Source of the DNA: Octopus sinensis
Lineage: Eukaryota
Assembly (NCBI RefSeq): GCF_006345805.1
Contig: NW_021835146.1
Location: 5,284 to 69,283 of the forward strand
Length of the DNA: 64,000 nt
Direction of reading: 5' to 3'
Below are positions 39,319 through 51,954 of this stretch, piece by piece. Position numbers and translations under genes: made by a program. The notes below the pieces were generated by a model. That model was not told the DNA's origin. It was given only the letters and a program-made list of their open reading frames with translations, and made no database searches. Numbering within the stretch: the stretch's first letter is position 1; the number at the start of each line of letters is the position of its first letter.

Positions 39319-39770
39319 CCACCACCACCACCATTGTCGGCGTCATCACCATCTCACCATCATCCTCATTCCCATCATCATCACCATCATCATCATCATC
39401 CCCATCATCATCATCCTCATCATCACTATCATCATCACCATCCTCACCATCATCATCATCCTCACCATCACCGTCATCATCATCATCATCACCACCACCA
39501 CCACCACCATCGCCGGCGTCGCCATCACCATCCTCATCATCCTCATCATCATCATCATTATCATCATCATCATCCTCACCATCACCGTCATCATCATCAC
39601 CATCATCATCATCATTATCATCATCATCATCCTCACCATCACCGTCATCATCATCACCATCATCACCACCACCACTATCGCCGGCGTCGCCATTACCATC
39701 ATCATCATCATCATCATCATCACCACCACCACCACCACAATTGCCGTCGTCGCCATCATCACCATCTTCA
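39210..39770. repeat. (CAT)/(CAC) array with higher-order units
   Basis: Recurrent ccaccaccactatcgccggcgtcgccat and catcctcaccatcaccgtc blocks. Confidence 0.9.
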
Positions 39771-39854
39771 CCACCCTTTTGTTGTTGCTAATGCTTTGCT
39801 TGTATGTTCTCCGGTCAATAAATAAACAACACAAATCTTCTTTACGTGGATTAA

Positions 39855-40049
39855 CAGAATCCTTTACAGCACTGGACAAAGTGCCTTGTCGTTTTTCTTC
39901 CAACTCTCCATGTTCTGAGTTCAAATTCCACCGAAGTCAATTTTTGCCTTTCAGCCTTTCGGGATCGATAAATTAAGTTCTAGTTGTATACTGGGATTGA
40001 ACTCACTGACTGGCCCCTCTCCCCACATCCCAAATTTCAGGCCTTGCGT
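39855..40049 (+). mobile_element. Old SINE B2 with (ATT)n tail
   Basis: gttctgagttcaaattcc..ctggcccctc..aaatttcaggccttg followed by (att)n. Confidence 0.8.
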
Positions 40050-40057
40050 CATTATTA

Positions 40058-40143
<86 letters not shown>

Positions 40144-40179
40144 ATTATTGTTGTTGTTGTTGTTATTATTATTATTATT

Positions 40180-40379
40180 CTATGTTTGACTTTTGCTTTA
40201 TGTCTGTACAAGTTGGCTCCAAGTCTCACCCAGAGACCTCAAGAGACAACAGGTTGGAAGTTCTGTGCCATATATTTGGTTTTTTTTTTTTTGGTGTTGT
40301 ACTAGTGAATGTCTAATACATAAAAAAAAATAAATAAATAAATGAATAAAAAAAAAGTTTGTTTTAAACCTTGGGATTT
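40180..40379 (-). mobile_element. RLE-2 3'UTR-only copy
   Basis: Reverse complement of 17595-17801; inside (ATT)n. Confidence 0.88.
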
Positions 40380-40409
40380 ATTATTATTATTATTATTATT
40401 ATATTATTA

Positions 40410-40446
<37 letters not shown>

Positions 40447-40460
40447 TTTGTTGTTATTAA

Positions 40461-40557
40461 AAGGTCAACTTTGCCATTCATCCTTTCGGGGTCGATTAAA
40501 TAAGTACCAGCTACACATTGGGGTCGATATAATCGACTTAATCACCTCCCCCAAGCT
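40461..40557 (+). mobile_element. SINE B fragment
   Basis: aggtcaactttgccattcatcctttcggggtcgattaaataagtacc..ggggtcgatataatcgac. Confidence 0.82.
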
Positions 40558-40579
40558 GCATTTTCGGTAAAAATTTTAT

Positions 40580-40631
40580 ATCATTATTATTATTATTATC
40601 ATTATTATTATTATTGTTATTATTATTATTA

Positions 40632-40662
<31 letters not shown>

Positions 40663-40734
40663 ATTATTATTATTATTATATTATTATATTATTATTATTA
40701 TTATTATCATTATTACTATAATTATTATTATCAT

Positions 40735-40774
<40 letters not shown>

Positions 40775-41075
40775 CATCATCATCATCATCATCATAATTA
40801 TGAGTATCAGTAGTAGTAACAGCAGCAGTTGTATCGTTGTTGTTGTTGTTGTTGTTGTTGTTCTTGGTGCTATATTCCCGTTTGCCATTTTACTCGCCTC
40901 CTTCTCATATGGATTTCCAAAAGACAATTCGAACCTTCCCCCCACCCACCCACATCTCTTCACACTCATGCATTATCACTGTTATTACTATAATTATCGT
41001 CATCGTCATCATCATCGTCATCATCACCCTCAATATCAATGGCATCAAGTTTAATGCCATTATTATCATTGACAC

Positions 41076-41112
<37 letters not shown>

Positions 41113-41210
41113 GCCATCTTTATCATCATCATCATCGTCGTCGTCATCATCATTATTATCATCATCAATATTGCTAGTATTGTCTTGCAAAAATGTTTTT
41201 ACGCCACAGA

Positions 41211-41264
<54 letters not shown>

Positions 41265-41267
41265 AAA

Positions 41268-41347
<80 letters not shown>

Positions 41348-41353
41348 GTAGTT

Positions 41354-41411
<58 letters not shown>

Positions 41412-41765
41412 CGGAATCATAATCATCACTGCTGCAATGATCCTGATCGTCATAATGTTCCTCCTTGTCTCCTCCTCCTCCTCTTTCTCATCATCATCAT
41501 CATCATCATCATCACCACCACCATCGCCACCACCACCACCATCATCATCATCATCGTCACCGTCATCATCATCATCATCAGCAACAGCAGCAGCAGTAGT
41601 AGTAGCGTTGTCGTCATCTTTGTCTTCCGTACAGTTCCTGCTGTAGTTATAATTATCATTTTGGTCATATTACACTCTCATATCGAGAGTCATAACCACC
41701 ACCACTACCACCATCATCATCATCATCATCATCATCACCATCACCATCATCATCGTCGTCGTGAC
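40580..41765. repeat. Compound (ATT)/(CAT)/(AGT) microsatellite field
   Basis: Direct inspection. Confidence 0.9.
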
Positions 41766-42098
41766 CATTTATTAATCAATCATTAGGGATTCAGTTTGTA
41801 ACAAGCCACCTTTTAATTAAGACATCATAAAATATTTGTCAAGCGAATGCTACCAGGAGTACGGAGCGACACGCCGCTAATCTGCATTGAATTCATTTGA
41901 AAAACCACCCAACAAATGCACTGAACTGTGTTCAAATTCACATTCACCCTCACACCACGCCCCACGAATTCCCTCCCCCCCGCCCCCACTTTCTCTCTTT
42001 CCATTTTTCTGTCTTTCTGTCTTTCTTTCACTCTTTGTTCCTTAATCTCTTCTTCGTCTCCCTCCCTCTCTCTCTCTCCCCTCTCTCTCTCTCTCCTC

Positions 42099-42131
<33 letters not shown>

Positions 42132-42247
42132 GTATCTCGCCACGTTTTTCATGGCCGCTCCCTTTTCAGATTTTCATTATTCTCTGTGTATGCATGTATG
42201 AATGTATGTATGTATACGTGTATATGAATATAGATATAAATGCATAT

Positions 42248-42295
<48 letters not shown>

Positions 42296-42308
42296 CCATA
42301 CATACATT

Positions 42309-42354
<46 letters not shown>

Positions 42355-42502
42355 CATGTATGTAAGCATGCATGCCTGTATATATGTATGTATGCGTGCA
42401 TATGAAGATAAATACATATATACACATAGATATATACATACATTTATATATATACATATACATACATCATACATTTATATATAAACAACATATATATACA
42501 TA

Positions 42503-42542
<40 letters not shown>

Positions 42543-42809
42543 TATAATATATATAATATATATAATATATATATATACAAAAAATAATAACATAACATAT
42601 ATTATAAATAAATGGTATATGTATATATATATACATACATATATTATACATATATTTTTTTAATACATGCATATATATATATGTATATTTATGTGTATGT
42701 GTGTATTTCAAAAGATAATATATTTTTATGCACAAGGAGGAGATCATTTGACAAGACTCCTTACATGCTAAAAAGGCCAGTTGAAACCCCAAACGAAAAA
42801 GAGGATTCA

Positions 42810-42850
<41 letters not shown>

Positions 42851-42864
42851 TAGATAGATATATT

Positions 42865-42896
<32 letters not shown>

Positions 42897-43025
42897 CATA
42901 CAAATATATATATGTATGTATATATACATGCATGAATATATATATATTATAGTCGATTTGTATGACTAAATGCGGTACTCCAGCTTGGCCACAGTCAAAT
43001 AACTGAAACAAGTAAAAGGATAAAA

Positions 43026-43074
<49 letters not shown>

Positions 43075-43079
43075 TATAT

Positions 43080-43110
<31 letters not shown>

Positions 43111-43140
43111 CATATATATATATATATATAGGTATATATC

Positions 43141-43500
43141 AGTGGTTGTGTGGTAAGTAGCTTACTAACCAACCGGGTTCAGTCCTACTGTGGACCACCT
43201 TGGGCAAGTGTCTTCTACGACCAAAGCCTTGTGAGTGGATTTGGTAGATGGAAACTGAAAGAAGCCCATTGTATGTATATGTGTGTGTGTGTGTGTCCGT
43301 GTTGCCCCCCCCCCACTATCGCTTGACAACCGATGCTGGTGTGTTTCTGTCCCCTTACCTTAGCGGTTCGGCAAAAGCAACCGATAGAATAAGTACTAGG
43401 CCTACAAAGAACAAATCCTGGGGTCGGTTTGCTCGACTAAAGGCGGTGCTCAAGCATGGCCGCAGTCAAATGACTGAAGTGAAAGAATAAAAGAATAAAA
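43141..43500 (+). mobile_element. SINE A with small internal deletions
   Basis: Head, ccttgggcaagtgtcttctac, tail ending aaagaataaaagaataaaa. Confidence 0.88.
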
Positions 43501-43986
43501 TAATATGTATCTATATTTATATATATAAATCCAGACACACATATACATACACAGATACACACGCACACATACACACGTACATACACACACTCTCTCTCTA
43601 TCTCACACACATATACACATATATACGTCTATACACGCTCAAATACACTTACGCTTTAAAGTATGTAAATGTATGTATGCGATTGTGCGTCACTGTCCAC
43701 GTGTGTTTAGTTAATTCGAATCTGCATATATTTAAATATTTCAAGAATAAATATAGATTTTTCCCACGCACTGAATATACAAATCCACCATTTACACCTC
43801 CCTGATCAAACATATTAAACGATGTCTCATCAACATCATTTACATTCACCGGAAGTGGAGAATGACAATCTACTCTGCGTACACAACTTCCGCTTATTTA
43901 CATTAGTAAAATATAACGGCAGTGCTGCATATGCATTTTATATGTATACATGTATATGTATATATACATATATATATGCATGTATG

Positions 43987-44084
<98 letters not shown>

Positions 44085-44479
44085 GGTGTAGGCGTGGCTG
44101 TTTGGTAAGTAGCTTGCTTCCCAAACATATGGTTCCTGGTTCAGTCTCTCTGCGTGGTACCTAGAGCAAGTGTCTTTTATTATAGCCCCGAGTTGACCAA
44201 AGCCTTGTGAGTGGATTTGGTAGACGGAAACTGAAAGAAGCCCGTCGTATACACACACAGACAAACACACATATATATACTTGTGTGTTTGTGTCTGTGT
44301 TTGTCCCTTCACCATCGCTTGACAACCGATCTCGGTGTGTTTACGTTCCTTAACTTAGCGGTTAGTCCTAAGGTACCGATAGAACACGTACCAGGCTTAC
44401 AAAAAATAAGTGTAGGGGTCGATTTCTTCGACTAAAAGGCGGTGGTCCAGCATGGCTACGGTAAAAATAACTGAAACAG
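44085..44479 (+). mobile_element. SINE A, full length
   Basis: Head ggtgtaggcgtggctgtttggtaag through tail ctgaaaca. Confidence 0.88.
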
Positions 44480-44866
44480 ATAGATAGATTCTACTCGCTA
44501 TGAAGTAGACCGTATTCTATGCACGCACACACACATACACACACTCAATTATTCATATGGACAAAACATAGTTCCCAGACAAATCTGCATCTTCCATCTA
44601 TGGCAATAGCAAAAAAAAGGTAACATGGAAGCCCTCGACTGAGATTCAAAGAAAGCGCAAAAACAAATATAAAGTGGAAAGGAATGGATCATAATAAATG
44701 GCAAACTCGAATGAACCTCCGACCACCACCCCCAGAATGGAAAAAAGTCTATCATATCATGCCGAAGGCATGAACAGTGATAGTCGCGAAGAATGACTGC
44801 AGATAACGATACGTGTGCGTGTATATATATATAGATTATATATATATTATTATATATATATATATA

Positions 44867-45096
44867 TATTTCTTTACTACCCACAAGGGGCTAAACACAG
44901 AGGGGACAAACAAGGACAGACAAAGGGATTAAGTCGATTCCATCGACCCCAGTGCGTACCTGGTACTTAATTTATCGACCCCGAAAGGATGAAAGGCAAA
45001 GTCGACCTCGGCGGAATTTGAACTCAGAACGTAACGACAGAAGAAATACGGCTACGCATCTCGCCCGGCGTGCTAACGTTTCTGCCAGCTCGCCGC

Positions 45097-45097
<1 letters not shown>
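44867..45097 (-). mobile_element. SINE B1, full length, within (TA)n
   Basis: Complete reverse-complement match to 35635-35870. Confidence 0.92.
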
Positions 45098-45140
<43 letters not shown>

Positions 45141-45302
45141 TATTATATATGGGTGTGGTGTGTGGTGTGTGTGCGTGTGTGTGTGTGTGTGTTTAAAATA
45201 TTAAGGGTGAAAAATTGAATATTTATTTGATTAACATCAATTTAAAACCAGTGGTCTAGCATTTTGAAAAGTCTGAAGATTCAGAAAAATTATATTACAT
45301 AC

Positions 45303-45780
45303 ATATAAGAGGGATGACCACTAAGGGGACGTCTATTATACTAGAAGTAGACTCCCTATCATTAAAAGGATTGTTCTCAAGAAAATTTAGCAAACGCCAG
45401 AACGTAAGCGAGCAAGAGAAATGAAAAGATACAAAATATACAGATTAATCACAAACCCGATTTCGTTGTTACCACTTACGTAAATATCCGCAATTCATCA
45501 GTGTGATCGTCATAGCAAATATAATTTGCAGAACTATACACGAGATGTCCACATGAGATTGAACATGTATACAGTTCCACCAATTACATTTGGAGTTATC
45601 TTTCAAAACGAAACCGGGTTTCTGATAATCTGTGTATGTTGTATCTTTTCATTTGTCTTGCTCGTTTACGTTCTGGCGTTTGCTGCATTTTTTTGAGAGC
45701 AATCCTTTCTTAGTGGTAAGACCATATGGGGGTCTACTTCTAGCATAATGGATGGCCACTTAGTGGTCATCTCTATATAT
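45303..45780. mobile_element. Fold-back element with ~165-bp inverted arms (45303-45467, 45607-45780)
   Basis: The arms align as reverse complements (gatgaccactaag..ctagaagtagac..agcaaacgccagaacgta..gaaaagataca..aaaccc.gtttcgtt) with one indel. Confidence 0.85.
45448..45507 (-). ncRNA. Type-I hammerhead-like motif with intact core
   Basis: ATCACA CTGATGA attg..caac GAAA tcgg GT T TGTGAT: perfect 6-bp helix I, GUU triplet; 10.1-11.1 pair is A-C. Confidence 0.68.
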
Positions 45781-46036
45781 ACAGTAGAAATACGTTACGA
45801 AAAGAAAATATAAAATACACGTGGAAATGTAAGGGTAAAATATGAAAAATCAACGAAAATGTACATTGCAAATAGAAAAAGGCTATTTATGATATGTAAC
45901 GACAAATATATACGTCTAGATTGACTGAGGTAGTAATACGAGTCATAAAAGTCATTAATATGAGATGATTATAAGATGATAATAAAGTAAGAGAACAAAA
46001 CGGACCATGGTTTACGCAAAGCTATTCATCGTTTCC

Positions 46037-46102
<66 letters not shown>

Positions 46103-46118
46103 GTGTGTGTGTGTGGTG

Positions 46119-46151
<33 letters not shown>

Positions 46152-46173
46152 ATATATATTATATATATATATC

Positions 46174-46206
<33 letters not shown>

Positions 46207-46515
46207 ATTTCCAAATTAGGCTGGTAGGGATATAAAATCCTAAATGGTACCGTATTCACTTTTACTGGTTAATAATGCTGGCTAACCTCCATGAGTGTAG
46301 AAAAGCTCCAGTTAAGTTTATTTTACTTTGTGATTTCTTCATAGCGGAACGTTATCCTGAATTCTCATTAGAAACTGAACACCATTCTTTTCTAATGATA
46401 ATCATTAAAAGTAGAGCACAAACTTCTAATACACATGGTGTATCTAGTTTTATTAAGTACCAAGTCTTTATTTTAATTTCAAATCTATTCCCACGAATAA
46501 TTTAACCTTGATGTA

Positions 46516-47087
46516 CAGGTTGGTCCAAAAGTCAATGAGGGCATTTAAATTTTAATAACTCCCTTATTTTTACAAATAGGTGTAAGAAATTTTAATTCAA
46601 TATAGAGGAGATAACGGAGATGAATATGTTTGAGACCGTTTTCATTATACCTCTGCACTCCATATGAAAAATGACATATTTTAAATGGCGTCCATTTTTA
46701 GCTTCATAAATCCGTGTCCTTTCCAAAATATTTTTCATTACAGATGTAAGGGTTTCAGGATCCAGTTCCCTGATTTCCCTAATAATATTCTGCTTCAGTT
46801 GCTGTAGGGTTTCTGGTTTGTTGACATAAATCTTCTCCTTGAGGTTCCCCCACAAGAAAAAATTAGGCTGGTCAAGTCTGGGAAAAGCGATGGCCAGTTG
46901 ACATCGCAGTAGCAAGAGATGATTCTTTCTCCAGAACATTGCCTCAGCAACTCTATTGCCTCTGTAGCAGTATGAGCAGTTGCCCCATCCTTCTAGAACC
47001 ACATATCGGGCCTGTTTTCAATGGTCGGGCGCAAAAGAACTCTCGATCATAGCCCTATCCCGCTCACCAGTCCAAGTAACAGCATAG
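46516..47087 (-). pseudogene. Tc1/mariner-superfamily transposase remnant, DD41D (rosa/Visitor-like) spacing, with terminal inverted-repeat end
   Basis: GERDRAMIE..WF*KDGATAHTA..WPSLFPDLT/PNFFLWGNLKEKIYVNKPETLQQLKQNI..GRHLKYVIFH; ends TA|CAGGTTGGTCC at 46514-46526. Confidence 0.87.
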
Positions 47088-47103
47088 ATACATAGATAGA
47101 TAA

Positions 47104-47146
<43 letters not shown>

Positions 47147-47282
47147 ATATATATATATATTATAGATAATATATATACGGTTTAGGCAATTAAGATTCAA
47201 ATGAGTTCTATTGAATTCACAAGAATATGGTACTTGACTTGGATGCACCAGAAATCTATACGATAAAGTGGGGTGATTACAA

Positions 47283-47350
47283 ATAGGAAAAAAGCAACAA
47301 GAATGGATCAAAATATATATTTTGATCCATTCTTGTTGCTTTTTTCCTAT
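47283..47350. repeat. Perfect 68-bp palindrome
   Basis: All 34 pairs checked; centre tatata at 47314-47319. Confidence 0.95.
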
Positions 47351-47417
<67 letters not shown>

Positions 47418-47616
47418 CTGAGACAGACATATAGATAGATAGGCAGACAGATAGACATACAAACGTCAATACATTCCTCCATCTGCATCTATAATTATGA
47501 ATATATGAACGCAATCACTCGCAGGCTCGCGTTTACGTACACACACACACAGTAAGCGTACGTACCTTTATACTTACATTCATACAAGCAAATACGGAAA
47601 CATGTCTTCAAATATA

Positions 47617-47694
47617 TATTTGCATATATGTATATTTGCATATATGTATATTTGCATATATGTATATTTGCATATATGTATATTTGCATATATG
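47617..47694. repeat. 16-bp minisatellite, about 5 units, each containing ATTTGCAT
   Basis: Unit tatttgcatatatgta. Confidence 0.93.
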
Positions 47695-47897
47695 AATGAA
47701 TTAGAAAATCATATTTAACACAGAAACTGCAATTCAAATGTGATTAAATAAAAATATTAAAGTAGAGAGTTTATCGGTTTATTTAATTTACAGGTATGTG
47801 TGTTCATTATAGGTGTTTGATGAACGCCGCGAGTTTGGTTTTTTTGTGTGAGAAACCAGTTGGAATACGTACGTACGAACGCACGCACACACACCCA

Positions 47898-47938
<41 letters not shown>

Positions 47939-48293
47939 ACGTGCGCGCGCACTTTGTTTAAATGTAGATCAATGATGGTATCAAATATATTAATGTAAAG
48001 AATTTGTCACGAAAAAATAGATAATTATATAAAACTGTTTAAATTTAAATTAACAGAAAAGACATTTGTACCGCGATGAATAAAAATATAATTTGTAACC
48101 GCGCCTCTCTCTCCCCCCTCTCTTTCTCTCTCTCTTTATACATACATAAATATATACATAAAAGTATGTGTGTGTATGCATATATGTGTGTGTGTGCGTG
48201 TATAAGTATATTTAAACATGTATGTATATAAACATGTATGTATATAAACATGTATGTATACACATGTATGTATCTATGTATGTATATATATGT

Positions 48294-48610
48294 GGAGGCG
48301 CAATGGCCCAGTGGTTAGGGCAGCAGGCTCACGGTCGTAGGATCGTGGTTTCGATTCCCAGAACGGGCGTTGTGAGTGTTTATTGAGCGAAAACACCTAA
48401 AGCTCCACGAGGCTCAGGCAGGAGGTGGTGGAGATCCCTACTGTACTCTTTCACCACACCTTTCTCTCACTCTCTCCTCCTGTTTCTTGAGTAACGCTGC
48501 GATGGACTCGCGTCCCGTCCAGCTGGGGGGAACACATACGCCACAGAAACCGGGAAACCGGGCCCATGAGCCTGGCTGGGCTTGAAAAGGCCACATAAAT
48601 AATAAAAAGA
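48294..48610 (+). mobile_element. SINE with D-type head and E-like 3' domain
   Basis: First ~190 bp match D (34761-35144); then gagtaacgctgcgatggactcgcgtcccgtcca..gccacagaaaccggg. Confidence 0.85.
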
Positions 48611-48855
48611 TATATGTATATGTATATATATGTATATACAGTCCTCTCTTTTTTCTTTGTGAAATGTGTATAGGATGTGTGGGTCCGTCTCCCACGGGCA
48701 ACCTTCAAATTTTTTTATCCAAAAGAGATTTTCCAACCCAATAATTTCATGGTATCATTCATAGCTTTATGTTCTTCGAGGAGCAATTCCACTTCTCTCG
48801 AAAGTTTAAAAATTCTATTGATCCCAATCTCAAACATACATACATACATATAAAC

Positions 48856-49220
48856 AGGCGTAGCCGTGTGGTAAGAAGCTTGCTTCCCAACCACATGGTT
48901 TCGGGTTCTGTCCCACTGCGTGGCCCCTTAGACAAGTATTTTCTACTAAAGCGTCGGGCCGACCAAAGCCTTGTGAGTGGATCTGATAGACGGAAACTGA
49001 AAGAAACCCCTTGTATATATATATATATGTGTGTGTGTGTGTATGTGTGTGTGTGTATGTGTGTGTGTGTTGTGTATGTGTGTGTGTCCCCTCTGTGTTT
49101 AGCCCCTTGTGGGTAGTAAAGAAATAGGTATTCCTTCCCACTCGGCTCATTACTTTCTGAGTTCAAATTCCACCGGATTCAACTTTGCCTTTCATCCCTC
49201 CCGGGTTCATAAAAATTAAG
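48856..49220 (+). mobile_element. Composite: SINE A 5' half, B1 tail (49085-49132) and old B body
   Basis: A head and microsatellite run into ctctgtgtttagccccttgtgggtagtaaagaaataggtatt, then ..ttctgagttcaaattcc..tttgcctttcatcc. Confidence 0.8.
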
Positions 49221-49881
49221 CAGAAAAGCAGAAATCATGTATTGGATTCGATGTCCTCGTCTTAACCCCTTCTCTCGAAATTTCTGGCCTTGAGCTAAAA
49301 TTCGAAAGAATTAATTACCCGGCTTCCATTTTCTGACCGACGACATTCCGATTAAATCTTCGAAAAGAGAAAACCCGGAAAAGCATTAAAAACAAACGAT
49401 AAAAAATTGTTAACAAATTCAAAATAATTTTTAGACATGATGGATCTTGCAAAAAAGGATCAGAGGCAGATTCAATAATTAAGCTGGAATGAATGATTAG
49501 GCAAATGTCATTAATACACTTGCTGGTTGTGATGTCATTTAAAAAGGGTCTTTAAATGTGATTAACAAGCGAACCCTAAACGCACAAATATCTCAATTGA
49601 CTTAGTACTGCATAATTATGTTCCTACTTCCGGTCTATCCCCACGCCGTCACGTGCTCTTCTTTTACTCCAGTTTGTTCCTTCTTTCTTTTCTCTCTGTT
49701 TCTACCTTATCTTTCAAAAGAAGAATCTAAAGACCCTTTCTTTCTTTTTTACCTATTTGCTGCTGTCAAACTTATACCAATTGTGTGTTTATTATTGTAT
49801 CTCGTCTTTGTGTTGTACTTTTGCTCAACATGTATATATGTTCGTGTTTGTTTATATGTACGTGTGTGTGTATATATATAT

Positions 49882-50130
49882 ATATATAAAATATAAATTA
49901 GAGATAAAACCACTATTATGCAACTCAAACAGTGATAGACACAAACCAAAACATAAATAACAAATAAAATATATTTTTATAAAACATATAACTTATAACT
50001 AGATATCAAAAAGTTTGAATTGCATAATAGTGGTTTTATCTCTAATTTATATTTTATATATTTATACTTGAAATTTGATTTAATACTAAATGAATTTTTC
50101 CCCTAAGTTTGAAGTATACTTCCTAATATT
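49882..50130. repeat. AT-rich repeat with a 49-bp inverted duplication
   Basis: Arms 49882-49930 and 50013-50061 (1 mismatch), 82-bp spacer; homologous to 2560-2790. Confidence 0.88.
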
Positions 50131-50154
50131 TATATATATATAAATTATATATAG

Positions 50155-50186
<32 letters not shown>

Positions 50187-50650
50187 TATATATATATACA
50201 TACAATATATATATTCATACATGTATATGTACACACATACATATGGTTTAGGTTTGTATGTGATAGTTAATGTTATAATATATAATACATACTGATATAT
50301 TTCATAATGTTTTGTATATAAATATAAACAACAAATTATATATATATATATATATATCTAAACTAATATATATATATATATAATATATAAGCGTCGAAAT
50401 GTGTATAGTACGATACAAATAAGATGATACTTTCCCGAACGCAGAATTACCTCTAGAACAACAGAAATATTGGATAAATTACCCTTACAAAGCTGACAAA
50501 TTTTGTCAACAAACAGCCCTGTGACTGGAACCAACATCCTCAAGACTCCAAAATAAGATGACAACTATGTAGACTTTACCTGTAATTTATGGGACAGCCT
50601 TGCGCACCCTGTAACGCTGATTCCACTTAAGATTGTGGTTGGGGAACTGT

Positions 50651-50936
50651 TTTAGGGAAGATGTTTAGAGTACACTTTTAGAATACACGTTTATGGAATG
50701 CATTTAGGGTACACTGTTGGGGTAGGGGTTTAGAGTACACTTTTAAGGTAATCGTTCGGGAAACAGATTTAGAGTATATATCTAGGTCACGTATTTGGAA
50801 ACACTTTAGGATACAGGTTCACGGAACACGTTTAGATTACACGTTTAGGGTACACGGTTAGAGAACATTTTTTTAGAGTAGACTTTTCGGGTACACATTT
50901 ATGGTATGCGTCTAAGGTACACGTTTAGAGTAGACG
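50651..50936. repeat. Degenerate 13-bp minisatellite, about 22 units (consensus TTTAGRGTACACG)
   Basis: Phase held for the first 10 units (tttagggaagatg, tttagagtacact, tttagaatacacg, ...). Confidence 0.85.
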
Positions 50937-51285
50937 TGTTTCTGTAATGTTCGATCATTCACATGCTAATTCAATAAATAGCCCAGTTGATCTAACCTCT
51001 GAAACCTCCTCGTCGAAAACGACGAAGGCCCGTCAATTTGACGTGTCAACAATTATCAGCACCAAACGTCTAATATTAGAGATTGTTGCACGCTTTAATT
51101 CGACGCCTGGATGAGAAGCGAATAATGAAAGTGAACTTTCAAGTCCGGGCATACAAATACACACTTGCGTACACATATACCCACATACACACATATATTC
51201 AAGCATGCATGCATGCATACATACACACATACATACGTAAACACATGCATACACACATGCATGCAAATACGCTACAATGGCGATG

Positions 51286-51324
<39 letters not shown>

Positions 51325-51759
51325 TAGTAGTAGTAGTAGTAATAGCAGCAGCAGCAGCGGTACAGCATGCTACACACTCAGTAGTTTTAAGTCACAGCCA
51401 TTTCCCCCTGTTTTATTGGCGGGAACGTATTTTTCTCCCTCTGTTAGCGTTCATTTTAGTTTGACATCCATAATTTAACAGCTTCCATATTGTTTGATCA
51501 CCTCACTAACAAAAACAGGCGGCAAACCGTCTATAAACGCTCCGTTAACTCTTTCATTTCCTCGCACCATCACCATCATCAGCACCTTCCTTTAACTTCA
51601 TTTTCTTTTCTTCCCTTTTATTTTCATTTCTATTTTTATTTTTATCTTCTTTTCTAATTTGCACCGTCGCCGTAATATTTCATATGGCTTTGTATTGCGT
51701 GTCTCTTTCTCCCTCCCTCCCTCACCCTCCTCACTCTCTTTCAGTCTGTCTCTCTCTCT

Positions 51760-51901
51760 CAATCTATCTATCTATTTATCTGTTTGTCTGTTTGTCTGTG
51801 TGTCTGTCTATCTATCTGTTTATTTATCGATGCATATCGATCTACCTATCAGTCTATCTAGCCATCTATCCATCAATCTATCCATCAATCTATCTATCCA
51901 T

Positions 51902-51954
<53 letters not shown>

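Noticed and set aside
50392-50410. gtcGAAAtgtgta as a decayed GAAACGCGTA half-ribozyme
   Set aside because: The 5' half is absent (microsatellite upstream), so it cannot be told from chance
50651-50936. Interstitial telomere
   Set aside because: The period is 13 bp and TTAGGG occurs only sporadically
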